Positions 23,682-37,747 of a stretch of DNA of 43,649 bases are shown here, piece by piece (position 1 is the first letter of the stretch; every line of letters starts with the position of its first letter). Below the pieces are notes generated by a model. That model did no database searches. It saw nothing but the letters and a program-made list of their open reading frames with translations, and was not told the DNA's origin. The stretch covers positions 1 to 43,649 of the forward strand of contig NW_021835793.1 in the NCBI RefSeq assembly GCF_006345805.1, read 5' to 3'. The DNA comes from Octopus sinensis (lineage: Eukaryota). The translations under genes were made by a program, and so were the position numbers.

Positions 23682-23939
23682 TAGTCTTATTTTTATAGCG
23701 TGCTTTCACTTCACGACCGAGCGCAGCTCTGTGTGCCTTGGGTATGTGCTACGGTTTGCTGTGATGCTCTTATGGTTACTGTATTGAAAGTGTTCTGCGT
23801 AGGATGTGTGCATGTTATATGTGTTTGTAAGTCCTGCTGTTTTTGTTGTCTGAATATTTTTTTATCATACCTAATGCGCCTACTATGATAGGAATTGTTT
23901 CTGTTTTTAGATTCCACCTCCATTTCTTTTAGAGAAACG
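23679..23939 (-). mobile_element. R4/Dong-type LINE, 3' fragment (array member 1)
   Basis: WNLKTETIPIIVGALGMIKK C-terminal motif; (AAT)n on both sides. Confidence 0.8.
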
Positions 23940-23960
23940 TTATTATTATTATTATCATTA

Positions 23961-25954
23961 CTTTATTTTTTTTCCTTCTTTCAAATTTGCTTCCATTTCT
24001 TGCCGAGTGTCTTCCCGACTCCTAGGGCAAAGAAACTCATAGTATACATTGGTAGGCCATTAAACCAAACTCAGTAGTTCGTTCATTTAAAAAAATTTTT
24101 TTTAAGTTAAATTAAAATACATGAGCAGCAACAGTTCTCACATCGACAATGCTCTTCTCAATACGTGTGATGTACCAGTTAAGACAATCTTTTGCACTTC
24201 TTGCAGGGATGGTAAGCCAGGGATCATTCTCATATATTTTCGGTTCCCTTCTTGATCATTCCTAGCGCTCCTACGATCACTGTATTGTAACCGCCTTGAG
24301 ATGCCACATTTTCTCAATTTCAATGAGTAGGTCTTTATATTTTCTGAGCTTGTCAAACTCTTTCGCTGAGATATTATGATCACAGGGGATGGCTCATGTC
24401 GATCAATAAGCAAACTTTATTATTTTGGTCTTTCACAACAATATCTGGTTTATTGGCCTTGATGGTTCGGTCTGTATGTACTGGAAAGTCCCACAGAATG
24501 GTTACATTTTCTCCTTCAGTTACAGCCTCAGGGTGGTGATTATACCACTTGTCGGCAGTTTTGATATTGTAATGCCGACTTATTAGCCAGTGGAGATATT
24601 GGCCAACTCTGTCATGTCTTAATTTATACTCCACTGGTGCTAAGACTTTACATCCAGAGATTAGGTGGTCCACTGTTTCAATCATGTCGTTGCAGAATCG
24701 GCATTTTGGGTCTGCTCCATTTTTCATCACATTGGCCTGGTAGTTCCGGGTTAATAGGCTTTGATCTTGAGCAGCCAGGATGAAACCTTCGCTCTCTGCT
24801 TTTAGCCATGAGCTCCGTAGCCACTGATGGGTTTGCTTCTGGTCAACATCAGCTTATATGCTGCGGGTCACATATTTGCCGTGCAGAGGTTTCTCCTCCC
24901 ACCTATCAGCCAATTGTTCGTGCGCTTTTTTACTTGCCATCATTTTCACCTTCTTTGCAACAATAGTTGCCGTACTTCCCTCGGGTTGTTCAGTTTGGGT
25001 ATCCTGCACGAGATCAATAGCAAATCTTTTGCTTTCCTTTATGATAGAATGAAGCTTCTTTCGTCTCTCGTGATTTTCCACGAGCTTTAGTATCCAGTCA
25101 TTCGATATTTCGAGATATTTGGCCAGTCCAATTGTGGTTGTTTTGTAAGCTAGTTCAAATTGGATCAGGCCTCGACCTCCTTGGGCTCTGGGAAGGTAAA
25201 GGCGATCTACGTCTGCCTTTGGGTGGTGCATCCTATTACAACTCAGCAGCTTGCGTATTTTCCTATCTATATTCTGTACTTCACTCATATTCCAGTTCAA
25301 CAAATTGTAGCTATAAGTAACAACTGAAACTGCTAAGGAATTTATAGCTAACACCTTGTTACGTGCATTTAGTTCAGATTTCAGGACTGCACGAACTCTC
25401 CTATAACATTCCTTCCTGATTTTCTCTTTCATGCTTGCATGCTGAATACCAGAGCCTTCATTTATCCCTAAATATTTGTATGTTTTTCTTGCTCAACCTC
25501 TCTTATGACTGTGTCAACATCTAACACGACTGAATTTGTGGTCTTCACTTCCCTTTCTGAAAGTGGCCTTGGCACACTTCTCAAGTCCAAACTCCATCCC
25601 GATGTCATCACTGAATGCTTTCACGGTGCGCAATAGGCCTTCAAGTTCATTATTGTCTTTACCATAAAGTTTTAAGTCATCCATATAAAATAGATGGCTT
25701 ATTTTTTTATTGGCAATTTTATACCCATACCCTGTTCTGTTTAATTCACTTGTAAGGGTATAGGGCTATGCAGAATATTAAAGGTGAAAGTGAGTCACCT
25801 TGAAAAATTCCACAGTTGATGTTTATATTTCTGAGGCAAGTACTCCATTAGAGTGGTATAATTGGAGATTCGTATTCCACAACGACATATTGTGCTTCAG
25901 GAAGTTTGAAATCACAGGGGAAATTTTGAAGATGTCCAGCGATCTCAAGATCCA
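23961..25954 (-). mobile_element. R4/Dong-type LINE, 5'-truncated, RT + CCHC + RLE (array member 2)
   Basis: QGDSLSP, YMDD (25676-25687), YKYLG, RLYLPRAQGGRGLI, CRFCNDMIETVDHLISGC, RHDRV, WDFPVHTDRTIKANKPDIVV, LIDMS; frameshifted. Confidence 0.92.
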
Positions 25955-25977
25955 TTATTATTATATTATTATTATTA

Positions 25978-26025
<48 letters not shown>

Positions 26026-26066
26026 TATTATTATTATTATTATTGTTGTTGTTATTATTGTTATTG

Positions 26067-26140
<74 letters not shown>

Positions 26141-27141
26141 GTCTTTGCACTGCTTCTAACGCTGGAGATGTACTACGTTGCCAGCTGTTCACTACCAGTG
26201 AACAAAGGTAACACCCCGTATTTTTCGAGCACCATCTGGAGTATCCGAGTGGTTTCAAGCATTGCTGTTTTCTGCAAGTGCTCCACCCTTATTGCAACCC
26301 CTATTATTCCATGTACTTCTCAAGATTTTTACTCACTGTTCTCAGGGCTCTGACAATTATTGGTATTACTACCACCTTTTTCATCTACCACAACTACTTA
26401 ACCTCCCAAGCTAACCTGTCATATCTATTGACTTTTCTTTCTGCCTTATCGCATACCTTGTTGTCAGCTGGGCATGCTATATCTATGATCCAGCATCGTT
26501 TGCTTTCTTTCTCAATTAAGACTATGTTTGGTTTCCTATTCCCTATCTCATGGTCGCACTGAATCATAAAATTCCATTGGATTTTTGCATTATCATTTTC
26601 GATAATGCCCTCGGGCTTATGTTCGTACCACTTTTTTTCTCTGTCAAGTCCATACTTGTTGCAGAGTGTCCAATGGACAATTCTTGCTATATTGTCATGA
26701 CGTCTCTTATATTCTTTCTTGGCTAGTGGCGTACATTGACTGGTAATATACCATACGGTTTCACCATTTTGTCCACAAATTCTGCACTTATCCCTTTCTG
26801 TTGTGTTGTCTATTCTGTATTTGGTGTAATTGGTTTTTAATGCTTGCTCTTGGGCAGCACAGATTAGAGCCTCCATTTCCGGTTCTAAATCACTTTTAGT
26901 CATCCATAGCCATCTTTTTTCTCTGTCTATCTTATCATCAGCATCCGTATGAAATTATCCATGCATTGTTTTCTTTATCGATCTATTTTCAGTTTCATTT
27001 ATTCTCAAGTGCTTGTACAATGTTTTGTCTTTGCAGTCTTCCATCCTACAAAAGCTTGACCTTACTTTCAATAATAGTGGTTCCGTGGCATGTTTTACAT
27101 ACCCTGGTATGTTGTATTCTTCTGCTCTAATGCTGTGTTCG

Positions 27142-27142
<1 letters not shown>
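26141..27142 (-). mobile_element. R4/Dong-type LINE, 5'-truncated (array member 3)
   Basis: AAQEQAL, CRICGQNGETVWYITSQC, RRHDNIA, WNFMIQCDHEIGNRKPNIV, IIDIACPAD; (AAT)n both sides. Confidence 0.9.
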
Positions 27143-27201
<59 letters not shown>

Positions 27202-27223
27202 CATCATCATCATCATCATCATT

Positions 27224-27299
<76 letters not shown>

Positions 27300-28497
27300 G
27301 TCTTCTTATTTTTATTATTATTTACTTTTAATCTGCCTGTTTGTTACAGTCACTTGCCGAGACATACCCAGCGTCCTAGAGCGCATGAAGAATAAGAGAT
27401 GTTACAGTGTGTCTTTAAGCTGGGGAGAGGAAGGGAAGAGGCGTGGGCAGTAGCGAAATATCTTCATGTAATACAACACAAATATTTAAACTGATAGGGT
27501 TTTTCTAAGGATGTGGGCAGTACTTATCAGCACAATCTTTTGGATTTCTCTGAGACATGGTTCTCCTGGGATATTATCATCTAGATGTTTCTGACATCTC
27601 TTTCGTATCATACCTAGGGTACCCACAATTACAGAAGCATTTCTCGCTTTAAAATTTTAGACCTTTTGTATTTCAATTTCTAGGTCCTTATATTTATTTA
27701 ATTCGTCAAACTCCTTTACAGATTCATTTTTATCAGTGGAAACACTTACATCTATTAGTCTACAAGCATTTTCTTTTTAGTCTTTAATGACTATGTCTGG
27801 TCGATTAGCCGGGATCTTTCTGTCGGTGTTGGCTAGGAAATCCTAGAAGATAGTGACATTTTTACCTTCAAAGACTCGCTCAGGATGATGCTCATACCAG
27901 TGAGCAGGAGTACTGATTGTGTAGTGTTTACATATTCTCCAATGTAAATAATGTCCTACCCTATCGTGGCGATTTTTGTATTCGTTTGGTGTCAGCACAG
28001 GACATCCTGAGATGAGATGGTCTATTGTTTCATCGAATTTATCGCAGAATCTGCATTTAGGTTCAGAACCGTTTTAAAGAACGTTAGCCTCGTAGTTTTT
28101 GGCAAGCAAGCTTTGATCTTGTGCCGCCAATAGGAAACCTTTAGTCTCTGCTTTCAGTCCTAAGCTTCTCAGCCACTGACGTTGCCTGGTCCACATCAGC
28201 ATTTCGGCTTCGAAGAATATACAGTCCATGCAGAGGCTTCTGGCTCCACCATTCCTCAATTTGTTTCTGCCCATTCTTTTACGCAGTCTCTTTCATCCGC
28301 TTAGCAGTTGTTTCAAGTTCTTCAACTATATCGGGGCTAATGCCTAGTTCCCTTGCGAATTTTCAAGCTTCCTCACCAATAGAATGTGATTTTTTGCTGC
28401 TTTCGTGCTTGCACAGAAGCTGCAGCATCCAGTCCTCTGTACTAAATAAGTACCCGTTCATTGCCATCGTAGAGGTTTTATAGCATAGTTTTGTCTG

Positions 28498-28498
<1 letters not shown>
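27300..28498 (-). mobile_element. R4/Dong-type LINE, 5'-truncated and degenerate (array member 4)
   Basis: LKAETKGFLLAAQDQSL, CRFCDKFDETIDHLISGC, RHDRV, VIVGTLGMI; (AAT)n both sides. Confidence 0.88.
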
Positions 28499-28574
<76 letters not shown>

Positions 28575-29259
28575 GTATTCTATGTTTGAGTTTTGCTTTA
28601 TATTTGTACAAGTTGGCTCCAAGTCTCACCCAGAGACCTCAAGAGACAACAGGTTGGAAGTTCATGTTGTTGTTATGCCTAGTGTGCCATATATTGGTGG
28701 GGGGGGGTTGGTGGTGTACTAATGAATGTCTAAAAAAAAAAATTTTAAAAAAAAACGAAAATTATGTTTGTTTTAAACCTTGAGATTACATAGAAAGTAT
28801 TTTGCGTAGGATATGAGCAGTTCCCATGAGCACATCTTTTGAATTTTGCATTTTGGGGTTTGTAGCTATTAGCCCCTTGCTATCATTCCCAGGGCACCTA
28901 TGACAACAGGTATTGTTTTAGTCTTCAGGTTCCACATTTTGCTGATTCTATTTCAAGATCTTATATTGCTCAGTTTTTGGTAGGTCTTGACAGATACGTT
29001 TATATCGATTGGGACAGTCATATCAATGAGGAGGCATGTTCTTTGTTTGAAGTCTTTCAATATGATGTCTGGCCTATTTGCATCTAACTTTCTGTCAGTT
29101 TGAATGGTGAAGTTCCAGAGGAGTGAGATGTGGTCATTTTCAAGCACTGGGGGTGGTTCGTGTTCCCACCAGTTTTTTTCATGGGGCAAATCAAGGTTTT
29201 TGCAGATTACCCAGTGAATATATTGTGCAGCTCTATCGTGTCTGTTGAGATACTCTGTA

Positions 29260-29260
<1 letters not shown>
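28575..29260 (-). mobile_element. R4/Dong-type LINE, 5'-truncated (array member 5)
   Basis: EYLNRHDRAAQYIHW, WNFTIQTDRKLDANRPDII, LLIDMTVPID, WNLKTKTIPVVIGALGMI; (AAT)n both sides. Confidence 0.9.
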
Positions 29261-29313
<53 letters not shown>

Positions 29314-29369
29314 GTTGTTGTTATGTTGTTGTTGTTGTTCATTTCACGGTGCTCCACTCCATTCATCTG

Positions 29370-29565
29370 GCGTAGATGAACTGTACCTGTATTTCAAAGG
29401 GCCAACCTTGTCACATTCCGTATCACTCTGGATCTCCCCTGAGAACTACGTTAAGGGTACACGTGTCTGTGGAGCGCTCAGCCACTTGAACGCTAATTTC
29501 CTAAGCAGACTGTTCCGTTGATCGAATCGACTGGAGTATCCGTCGTCGTGACCGACGGAATGCCA
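29370..29565 (+). mobile_element. 3' half of SINE family A
   Basis: CTGTACCTGTATTTCAAAGGGCC..GAGAACTACGTTAAGGGTACACGTG..CGTCGTCGTGACCGACGGA. Confidence 0.85.
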
Positions 29566-29929
29566 GTTACTGGATGGTGAATCAATACCGCTCTGAAAAC
29601 CGGAATGAAAGTATCAAAGAATCAAAGACATCAACCTATTGACCTATCGATTCCATCTCCCAAGTCACCTTCCTTACCCGACTCTTTCTACTACGTATCG
29701 TATGAGATGGAGGTTGCGATGAATAGATCTGCCGGAAATCTTACTGATCTGAACTCTTTTCCGCCCACATTACCGAGGACAAGTGCCAACCTCTTTATAA
29801 AAAACTTTCGCCCAAAACTTAAATCTTAGACTTTGAATTAGCACAGTTATGGACCGGAAATTGTCGATCATCTCCTCCTTGTTGTCTTCCTTCTTCAGCA
29901 GAGACTCTACCAGCACCAGCCAGCACCGC

Positions 29930-30725
29930 CAAAATAACAACAACAGCAACAACAACTGTAACACTATTGACACTATTACACCCATCTTATGCAGCCGCCA
30001 CTAAATCTACTCTTAAAACTACGAAAACCGCCATCACTACAACGATGGCGATTAGCACCACCACAACCACCACCACCACAAACACCACCACCACCATTAC
30101 AACTAACACCACCACAACTACTACCAGTAATAACAATATCACCAACATTACAATCAATGGTACAACCACCACCACTACCACCACCACCACCAACACCACC
30201 ACCACCACCACAACTACCACCACCACCACAACTACCACCACAACTACTACCAGTAATAATAATATCACCAACATTACAATCAATGGTACAACCACCACCA
30301 CCACCACCACCACACCGATATCGACACCACTACCATCAAAGCCACAAACACCGCCACGACTGCAACCTCTACCAACATCACTCCAGCATTTACAATCACC
30401 ACCATCACCACTTCACCGTTACTACTTCACCACCGCCACCACTCACCACTGCCACCATCACCACCGCCACACCATCACCACCATCACCACCGCCGCCGCC
30501 ATAACGACGACGACGACGACGACGACCACCACCACCACCACCACCACCACCACCATCACCACCACCAATACCACCCAAAATTATATGCCATTGCCCCCAA
30601 CATTAACACCACTAACTACTACTATTTGGCTAATTCACCATCACAATTAACTCCAGTACTGTCACCACCCACCATCACCACCACCACCACCATCACCAAA
30701 TGCTGCTGTTGGCACCACTACCACA
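29930..30725. repeat. (CAA)/(ACC)-rich low-complexity tract with a duplicated unit of 126-bp offset
   Basis: CTACCAGTAATAAYAATATCACCAACATTACAATCAATGGTACAACC at 30121 and 30247. Confidence 0.9.
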
Positions 30726-31956
30726 CTACAACCTACACCACTGTTGACCTGCTATCTATTAAACCGTGATATTATTTCCCAGGCGTTCTGATTCATTATC
30801 TATACACCGCCTCCCCGCCTCCCACACAGCCTCATCATCTTCATGTTCTTCGTTTTGTGAATCCTGTATACATACATATACACATATAACTGCATAGATA
30901 TATATATATACGTTCACACACACACACACACATACATAGATGTATACATACATGCATACTTGTATACATAATGCACCCAAATATGTAGAAATATATACGT
31001 ATAGGAACATATATATGTGTGTGTGTGTATGTGTATGTGTGTATGTGTGTGTGTGTATGTATGTATACACATGCATATATATATATATAGAGAGAGAGAG
31101 GGGGGGGAAGAGAAGGACAGAAAGAGAGAGAAAGACATATACATATAAGCATATATGTATATATATGTATAATTCTATCCATTTATAAGTATAATCAATA
31201 CATATATATATACGTACAAATATATGTATGGATATAAATATATATATATGTATATATCTATATATATATATATATACATATGCAAACATACACATATGTG
31301 TGTGTGTATGTGTGTATGTATATGTAAACACATGTACACATACATTCATAATAAGAGACAGACACATGCATAATGTGTTGTCCTTGTTTAATTTGAGTAT
31401 ATATATATATATGCGTGTACATATGTGTGTATATAAATGTGTGTATGTGTGTATATGTGTCATTTATTATATATTCTCATTTCGCTAAATGTCAACCATG
31501 ATTGTCTCACAAACCGTTCCGCGTCATTCCATTGATAGAGAAAGCGTGGGACCCGCATGCTTTATCCCACACTACCGCAACCTCACCGCTACACACCACC
31601 ACCACCACCACCACCACCACCACCACCACCACCTCACACACACGCGCACGCACGCACACAGACATATATCACTGTGTCATCTCGTTATGAACATCTTACA
31701 CTACGTTACGTACTAATGCGCTGTGTTACTCCATAGTTGACCCTTCCATTGTACCTGTACATGGTTGTTTATTATGTTAGAAATAGCAACCAAGTTTCTG
31801 GGTTTTCCTTTTGTTTTTGCTTATGTTTCCATTTCAAAATGTCATGTTACATCTTAAATAAAATATTAGAAAGTTTTATAATGCAATCTAAGATGTTAGG
31901 CTCAGAAATGAGTTGGGATGGTCACGACTGGAATGTCATGCATATCAAATTTGCTC

Positions 31957-32134
31957 AGGCGTAGAAGTGGCTGTGTGGTAAGTGGCTTGCTTACCAACCA
32001 CATGGTTCCGGGTTCAGTCCCATTCCATGACACCTTGGGCAAGTGTATTCTAGTTTAGCCTCGGGCCGACCAAAGCCTTGTGAGTGGATTTGGTAGACGG
32101 AAACTGAAAGAAGCCCGTCGTATATATATATATG

Positions 32135-32165
<31 letters not shown>

Positions 32166-32370
32166 TTCTGTGTGTGTGTTTGTCCGCCCAATATCGCTTG
32201 ACAACCGATTCTGGTGTGTTTACGTCCCTGTAACTTAGCGGTTCGGCAAAAGGGGTCGATAGACTAAGTACTAGGCTTACAAAGAATAAGTCCTGAGGTC
32301 GATTTACTCGACTGAAGACGGTGCTCCAGCGTGGCTACGGTCAAATGACTGAAACAAGTAAAAGAGAGAG
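31957..32370 (+). mobile_element. SINE family B, full length
   Basis: Head AGTGGCTGTGTGG (A box), GGTTCAGTCCC (B box), CCTTGGGCAAGTG, internal (TA)(TG)n, tail GACTGAAACAAGTAAAAGAG. Confidence 0.9.
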
Positions 32371-32658
32371 TCAGAGCTCAATTGGGGTAGAACAACAACA
32401 ACACAACAACAACAACAACAACATCATCATCAACAACAACAACAACAACAACAGTAGCAACACATCACACTCTACGTCTACACCGTACACATACACCAAT
32501 ACATATACGCACAGATGAGGATGCATATGAATGAATGGTCATATACACACTCGTTCTTATATGCTGATACTGTGCAACGTATTCGAGTGAACACGAACAT
32601 AGTAAATATGATTGAACTCTCCTCATACTTCATTCAGCGCTGCTTAGTGTACCTCTAA

Positions 32659-32703
<45 letters not shown>

Positions 32704-32840
32704 TGTGTGTGCATACGCACGCGCGTATGTTTGTGCGTGTGTCTGTGTGCTTGTGTGTGTGGGTGTATGTGTATATATATACCTATATATTTGTATACAC
32801 AGCCATACAACCATGCACACACACATATATATACACACAC

Positions 32841-33130
<290 letters not shown>

Positions 33131-33547
33131 GGACGGTATTTGAGGACAGATGTATGGTTCTACAAAAACGCTTATGTAATAATAGAAAAAACTGTATGTT
33201 TATAAGGCCTTGAGGAAAAAGTGAGGAGGAATCACATGTCCTTCATTGCTAACAACACCCCAAACCATGAAACTTACAGGAAATTTTGTGTGCATTATTC
33301 TTGGAACTTCAAAGTTTTAACACTTGTGGTATGCAAAGTAGTATCGTCAGTTTTCTGTAGCAACTGTAATTGTCGCGTATATAAACAGATTGGTTGCTTC
33401 TTTCTCGGGGACTGGTCAAATTGATGTTGACGTCTCTGATGAGAGTCCAATAATATCCGAAAATCGATTAAGGTTGTTCATTATTTTTTATAATCTACGA
33501 AGAAACAATAAAATTAGCCCTGTTTATAAAGGTACTAAATAGGTTAA

Positions 33548-33617
<70 letters not shown>

Positions 33618-33642
33618 TATTATATATATATATATATATATA

Positions 33643-33775
33643 CAGGAGTGGCTGTGTAGTAGTAGGTTGCTTACCAACCACATGGTTCCGGATTCAGTCC
33701 CCCTGCATTGCACCTTGGGCAAGTGTCCCTCCTACTATAGCCTCAGGCCGACGAAATTCTTGTGAGTGGGTTATG
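33643..33775 (+). mobile_element. 5' part of SINE family B
   Basis: CAGGAGTGGCTGTGTAG..CACCTTGGGCAAGTGTC..CTATAGCCTC. Confidence 0.8.
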
Positions 33776-33917
33776 TTAAAATATGTGCTTGTATTAACAC
33801 ATAATTATGTGCGTATATTAATACATAACTATGATACCTAAATCAATTCAAATTATAAAACACCAGCATATAGTTACATATGTTTGGAAAAAGTATTTCA
33901 TGATTTATATGTACGCA

Positions 33918-33961
<44 letters not shown>

Positions 33962-34734
33962 CCGTTTGATAACAATTCGACTCGACTTAATGCAACTCGG
34001 AGGATTTAGAGCGGAACCAAACTGTTTATCAAAAAATGCATGTAACTCCTAACAGATGAGCTGAATGCCATTTTCTTACATTTATCCACTTGCTCGTGTG
34101 TGTGTATGTGTGTGTATGTATGTATGTATGAATGTATGTGTGCGTGCGTGTGTGTGTGTGTGTGTGTATGCATATAAATGTGCGTTTGTATATATTGTGT
34201 TAGTACCTTTCACTATTTACAGCTTTTCAAATACACGTGTTAAAAGTTAAGTTCCTTTCGTAATATTTGTGTTAATCCACTTTCTTCAATGATTTTATTA
34301 AGAATATTAATTAATTAAAACATTTTGAAAATCTCTTTTTCAAATATTGTGATCTATCACGAAATTTATAGGAATAAACAGCAACTTCTAATCTCAGGGT
34401 GTTACGGTTCAGGGTCTAAACACCAGATGACCGCTGGAACACTCTAATGACATCAATTCCTCTTGGCCAAAGTTAATCTTTCACCTTAGTGAATGGAACA
34501 GAAGCATCTTTATTTTTAGGTGTTATCAACAACAGTGAAACTAATAAATATAGACATAGAATCACGTACGTACAGAGACTGCAGCCATGCCTTGGAGAAT
34601 TTTTAGTAAAATGAATCGACCCCAGGACTTTTCTTATGTCTTGTATTTATTTTATCAGTCATTTTGGCCGAGCTACAAAGTTACGGGGACGAAAACACAC
34701 CACACATATATTTAAAATATTTACGACGGACTTC

Positions 34735-34782
<48 letters not shown>

Positions 34783-34823
34783 ATATATACACACATATAT
34801 ATCTGTACATATATGTGACAATT

Positions 34824-34917
34824 ATTCGGTAGCCATGATAAAACTCCGAGTTTCGGATGTCGGTGCGAGTTTCTGCCCCGACATCCGAAACTCTGAATTT
34901 TATCATGGCTGCCGAAT
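34824..34917. other. Compact near-perfect hairpin (37-bp arms, 14-nt loop)
   Basis: 34827-34863 vs 34878-34914 match at 34 of 37 positions. Confidence 0.9.
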
Positions 34918-35002
34918 TAGGTGACACATATTTACAGTTAAATTCCTCCAAGTACATAAAGTCTAGGTCTCTTTCGTTCTTTTGTTGTCATATACCGTTA
35001 CT

Positions 35003-35120
<118 letters not shown>

Positions 35121-35532
35121 ATATATAGTAGCAATTCGATATCCTAATACAAGAGATAGAACCTGATAAAACCTATTTATATTTATATTGAATGATATTC
35201 AAATTCAACATTCGAAAATCATATTTTCTATAAGAAAGCGGTTTCAAATACCAAGGTAGACAAAAAATATATCACACCTTTTTTGTTTCACATTGAAATT
35301 TGTTTATGCATCTAAAATCTTTAGGTTTAATCTCTCATATATCGGACTGTTACTTTTTACTATCCTTGAGCATATTCCCCTTGTTATAAACATTGATAGT
35401 TCGATTCAAATAAAATTAAATAGAAAACAAGAAGATTTTTAATTTCTTAAATCACACACAAAAAAGCATATATATTTTTAAAAAAGCACATTGTAAAAAG
35501 TGTCACACACCAGAGAAACTTGGATTCATTTC

Positions 35533-35698
35533 GCAGGTGTGGTTGCGTGGTAAGAAGCTGGCTTCCCAACTGCATGGTTCCGGGTTCAGTCCTTCTGTGA
35601 GGCATCTTGGGTAAGTGTTTTTTTACTCTAGCCTTGGGCTGACCAAAGGCCTTGTGAGTCGATTTGGTAGGCAGAAACTGAAAGAAACCTGTCGCTTG

Positions 35699-35745
<47 letters not shown>

Positions 35746-35930
35746 CCTTCTGTATGTGTTTGTACCCCACCACCGCCTGACAACCGGTGTTGGTGTGTTT
35801 ACGTCCCGTAACTTAGCAGTACAAGGCTTCAAAAACATAAGCCCTGGGGTTGATTTGTTCGACTGAAGTCCTTCAAAGTAGTGCCCCAGCATGGCTGCAA
35901 TTAAATAACAGAAACAAATAACAAAAAGAT
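35533..35930 (+). mobile_element. SINE family B, diverged full length
   Basis: Head, internal (TA)(TG)n and tail all recognisable. Confidence 0.85.
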
Positions 35931-36538
35931 TTTAAAAAGTATATAATAATTACATAAAAAAAAAGCGCTTGAAGAATTTACTCTAAGCCATTTAGAGGCA
36001 AGGGGTTAAACCAAGCATACCGACCTCGCTAGCAGAGTGAAAAAACTAACTTTATTTTAAAATTGATCTCGGTCGGATTTGAACTCAGAACGTAAAGAGC
36101 CGGAAGAAATTCCATTAAGCCACACGATTCGCTACAGTCTACACCTGTAGTGCCATATAAACAAGGCAGTAATAAGCCGATGAATATTATCGAAAGGGGA
36201 TTGTAAGTAGGCGGGGTGGACTGTTTCATACCGGATCATCAACTTTAAACGACGTCCTGCCGGCAGCGGGCCGAAACCAATAATTTCTACAAACCAGGAA
36301 ATATTTGTTAGAATCCTTAAGAAATAATTTAATCTTTTGGCCTATTTTCGATTCTTAGCTCAGCTCTTTCTAAGGCTTCTTCCTGGCTCCACTTGGAGGT
36401 ATATGTGTGGGGGTCACATTAATAAAGATGTATAAATGAGGTATTTTATACAAGCAAATAGCTCTTTGCACCCCCCTCTCTCTCTCTCCATATATATATA
36501 TATACACACACACATATATATATATATTCATATATATG

Positions 36539-36575
<37 letters not shown>

Positions 36576-36643
36576 GATATGTATGTATATACATATACAT
36601 ACATCCATACATATGTGTGTATGTGTATGTATATATGTATGTA

Positions 36644-36688
<45 letters not shown>

Positions 36689-36734
36689 TTGTATATCTAC
36701 CTATCTACCTATCTATCTCTCTCTATATATTGGA

Positions 36735-36890
36735 ATGAGTAGCTGTGTGATAAGTAGCTTGCTTCCCAACCACATTGTTCCAGGTTCAGTTCCACTGCGT
36801 GGCACATGGGCAAGTGTCTTCTGCTATAGCCTCGGGCCGACCAAAGCCTGTGTGAGTGGATTTGGTAGACGAGACTGAATGAAGACCGTC

Positions 36891-36967
<77 letters not shown>

Positions 36968-36990
36968 TTATATGTATGTATGTATATATG

Positions 36991-37046
<56 letters not shown>

Positions 37047-37280
37047 GTAATATATATATGTGTATCTATGTGTGTGTTTTTTGCGCCTGTGTTTGTCTAC
37101 CCATCACTACTTGACAACCGTTGTTGGTTATTTACGTCCCCGTAACTTAGCGGTTCAGCAAACGTGACCGATAGAATAGGTATCGGGCTTAAAAAAATAG
37201 TAGTGGGGTCGATTCATTCAGCTAAAGTTCTTCAAGATTGGTGCCCCAGCATGGCCGCAGTCTAATGACTGAAACAAATA
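36735..37280 (+). mobile_element. SINE family B with a greatly expanded internal (TA)n
   Basis: Head 36735-36890, microsatellite about 36891-37078, 3' part to 37280. Confidence 0.85.
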
Positions 37281-37384
37281 AAAGAATATATATCTTTTTA
37301 TACTTACCTTTTATCTTTTTCCTATCCTGTCACATAGAATACGGAGCTAAACGCCAGCACCAGCCTTTATAACGTGATATCAGA

Positions 37385-37730
37385 TTCAAATTTCGGCACC
37401 AGGCCAGCAGGTTTGAGGGAGGGGATACATCCATTAAATTGACGCCAGTGTTCAGCTGGTAGTTATATCGATCGCAAAAGTATTGACTTCAACTCCGGCT
37501 GAATTTGAACTCAGGATGTAAAGTTTTTTGCCCGGTGTGCTAACGAATCTGCCGGCTCGCCATCCTCTAGTGTAACGATATTTTATTTATTTATCCGAGG
37601 TCGACTTTGCCTTTCATCCTTTCGGGGTCGATTAAACTTACGCACTGGGGTCGATATAATCGACTTAATCCGTTTGTCCGTCTTTGTTTGTCCTCTCTGT
37701 GTTTAGCCCCTTTTGGGTAGTAAAGAAATA
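37385..37730. mobile_element. Two SINE family C copies in opposite orientation (37385-37565 minus, 37597-37730 plus, head-less)
   Basis: Family C core and tail motifs on both strands. Confidence 0.75.
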
Positions 37731-37747
37731 GATATTTTATTTATTTA

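Noticed and set aside
29967-30650. 227-aa Thr-rich ORF with repeated NNNITNITING
   Set aside because: Low-complexity tract with a local duplication; overlapping frames equally open
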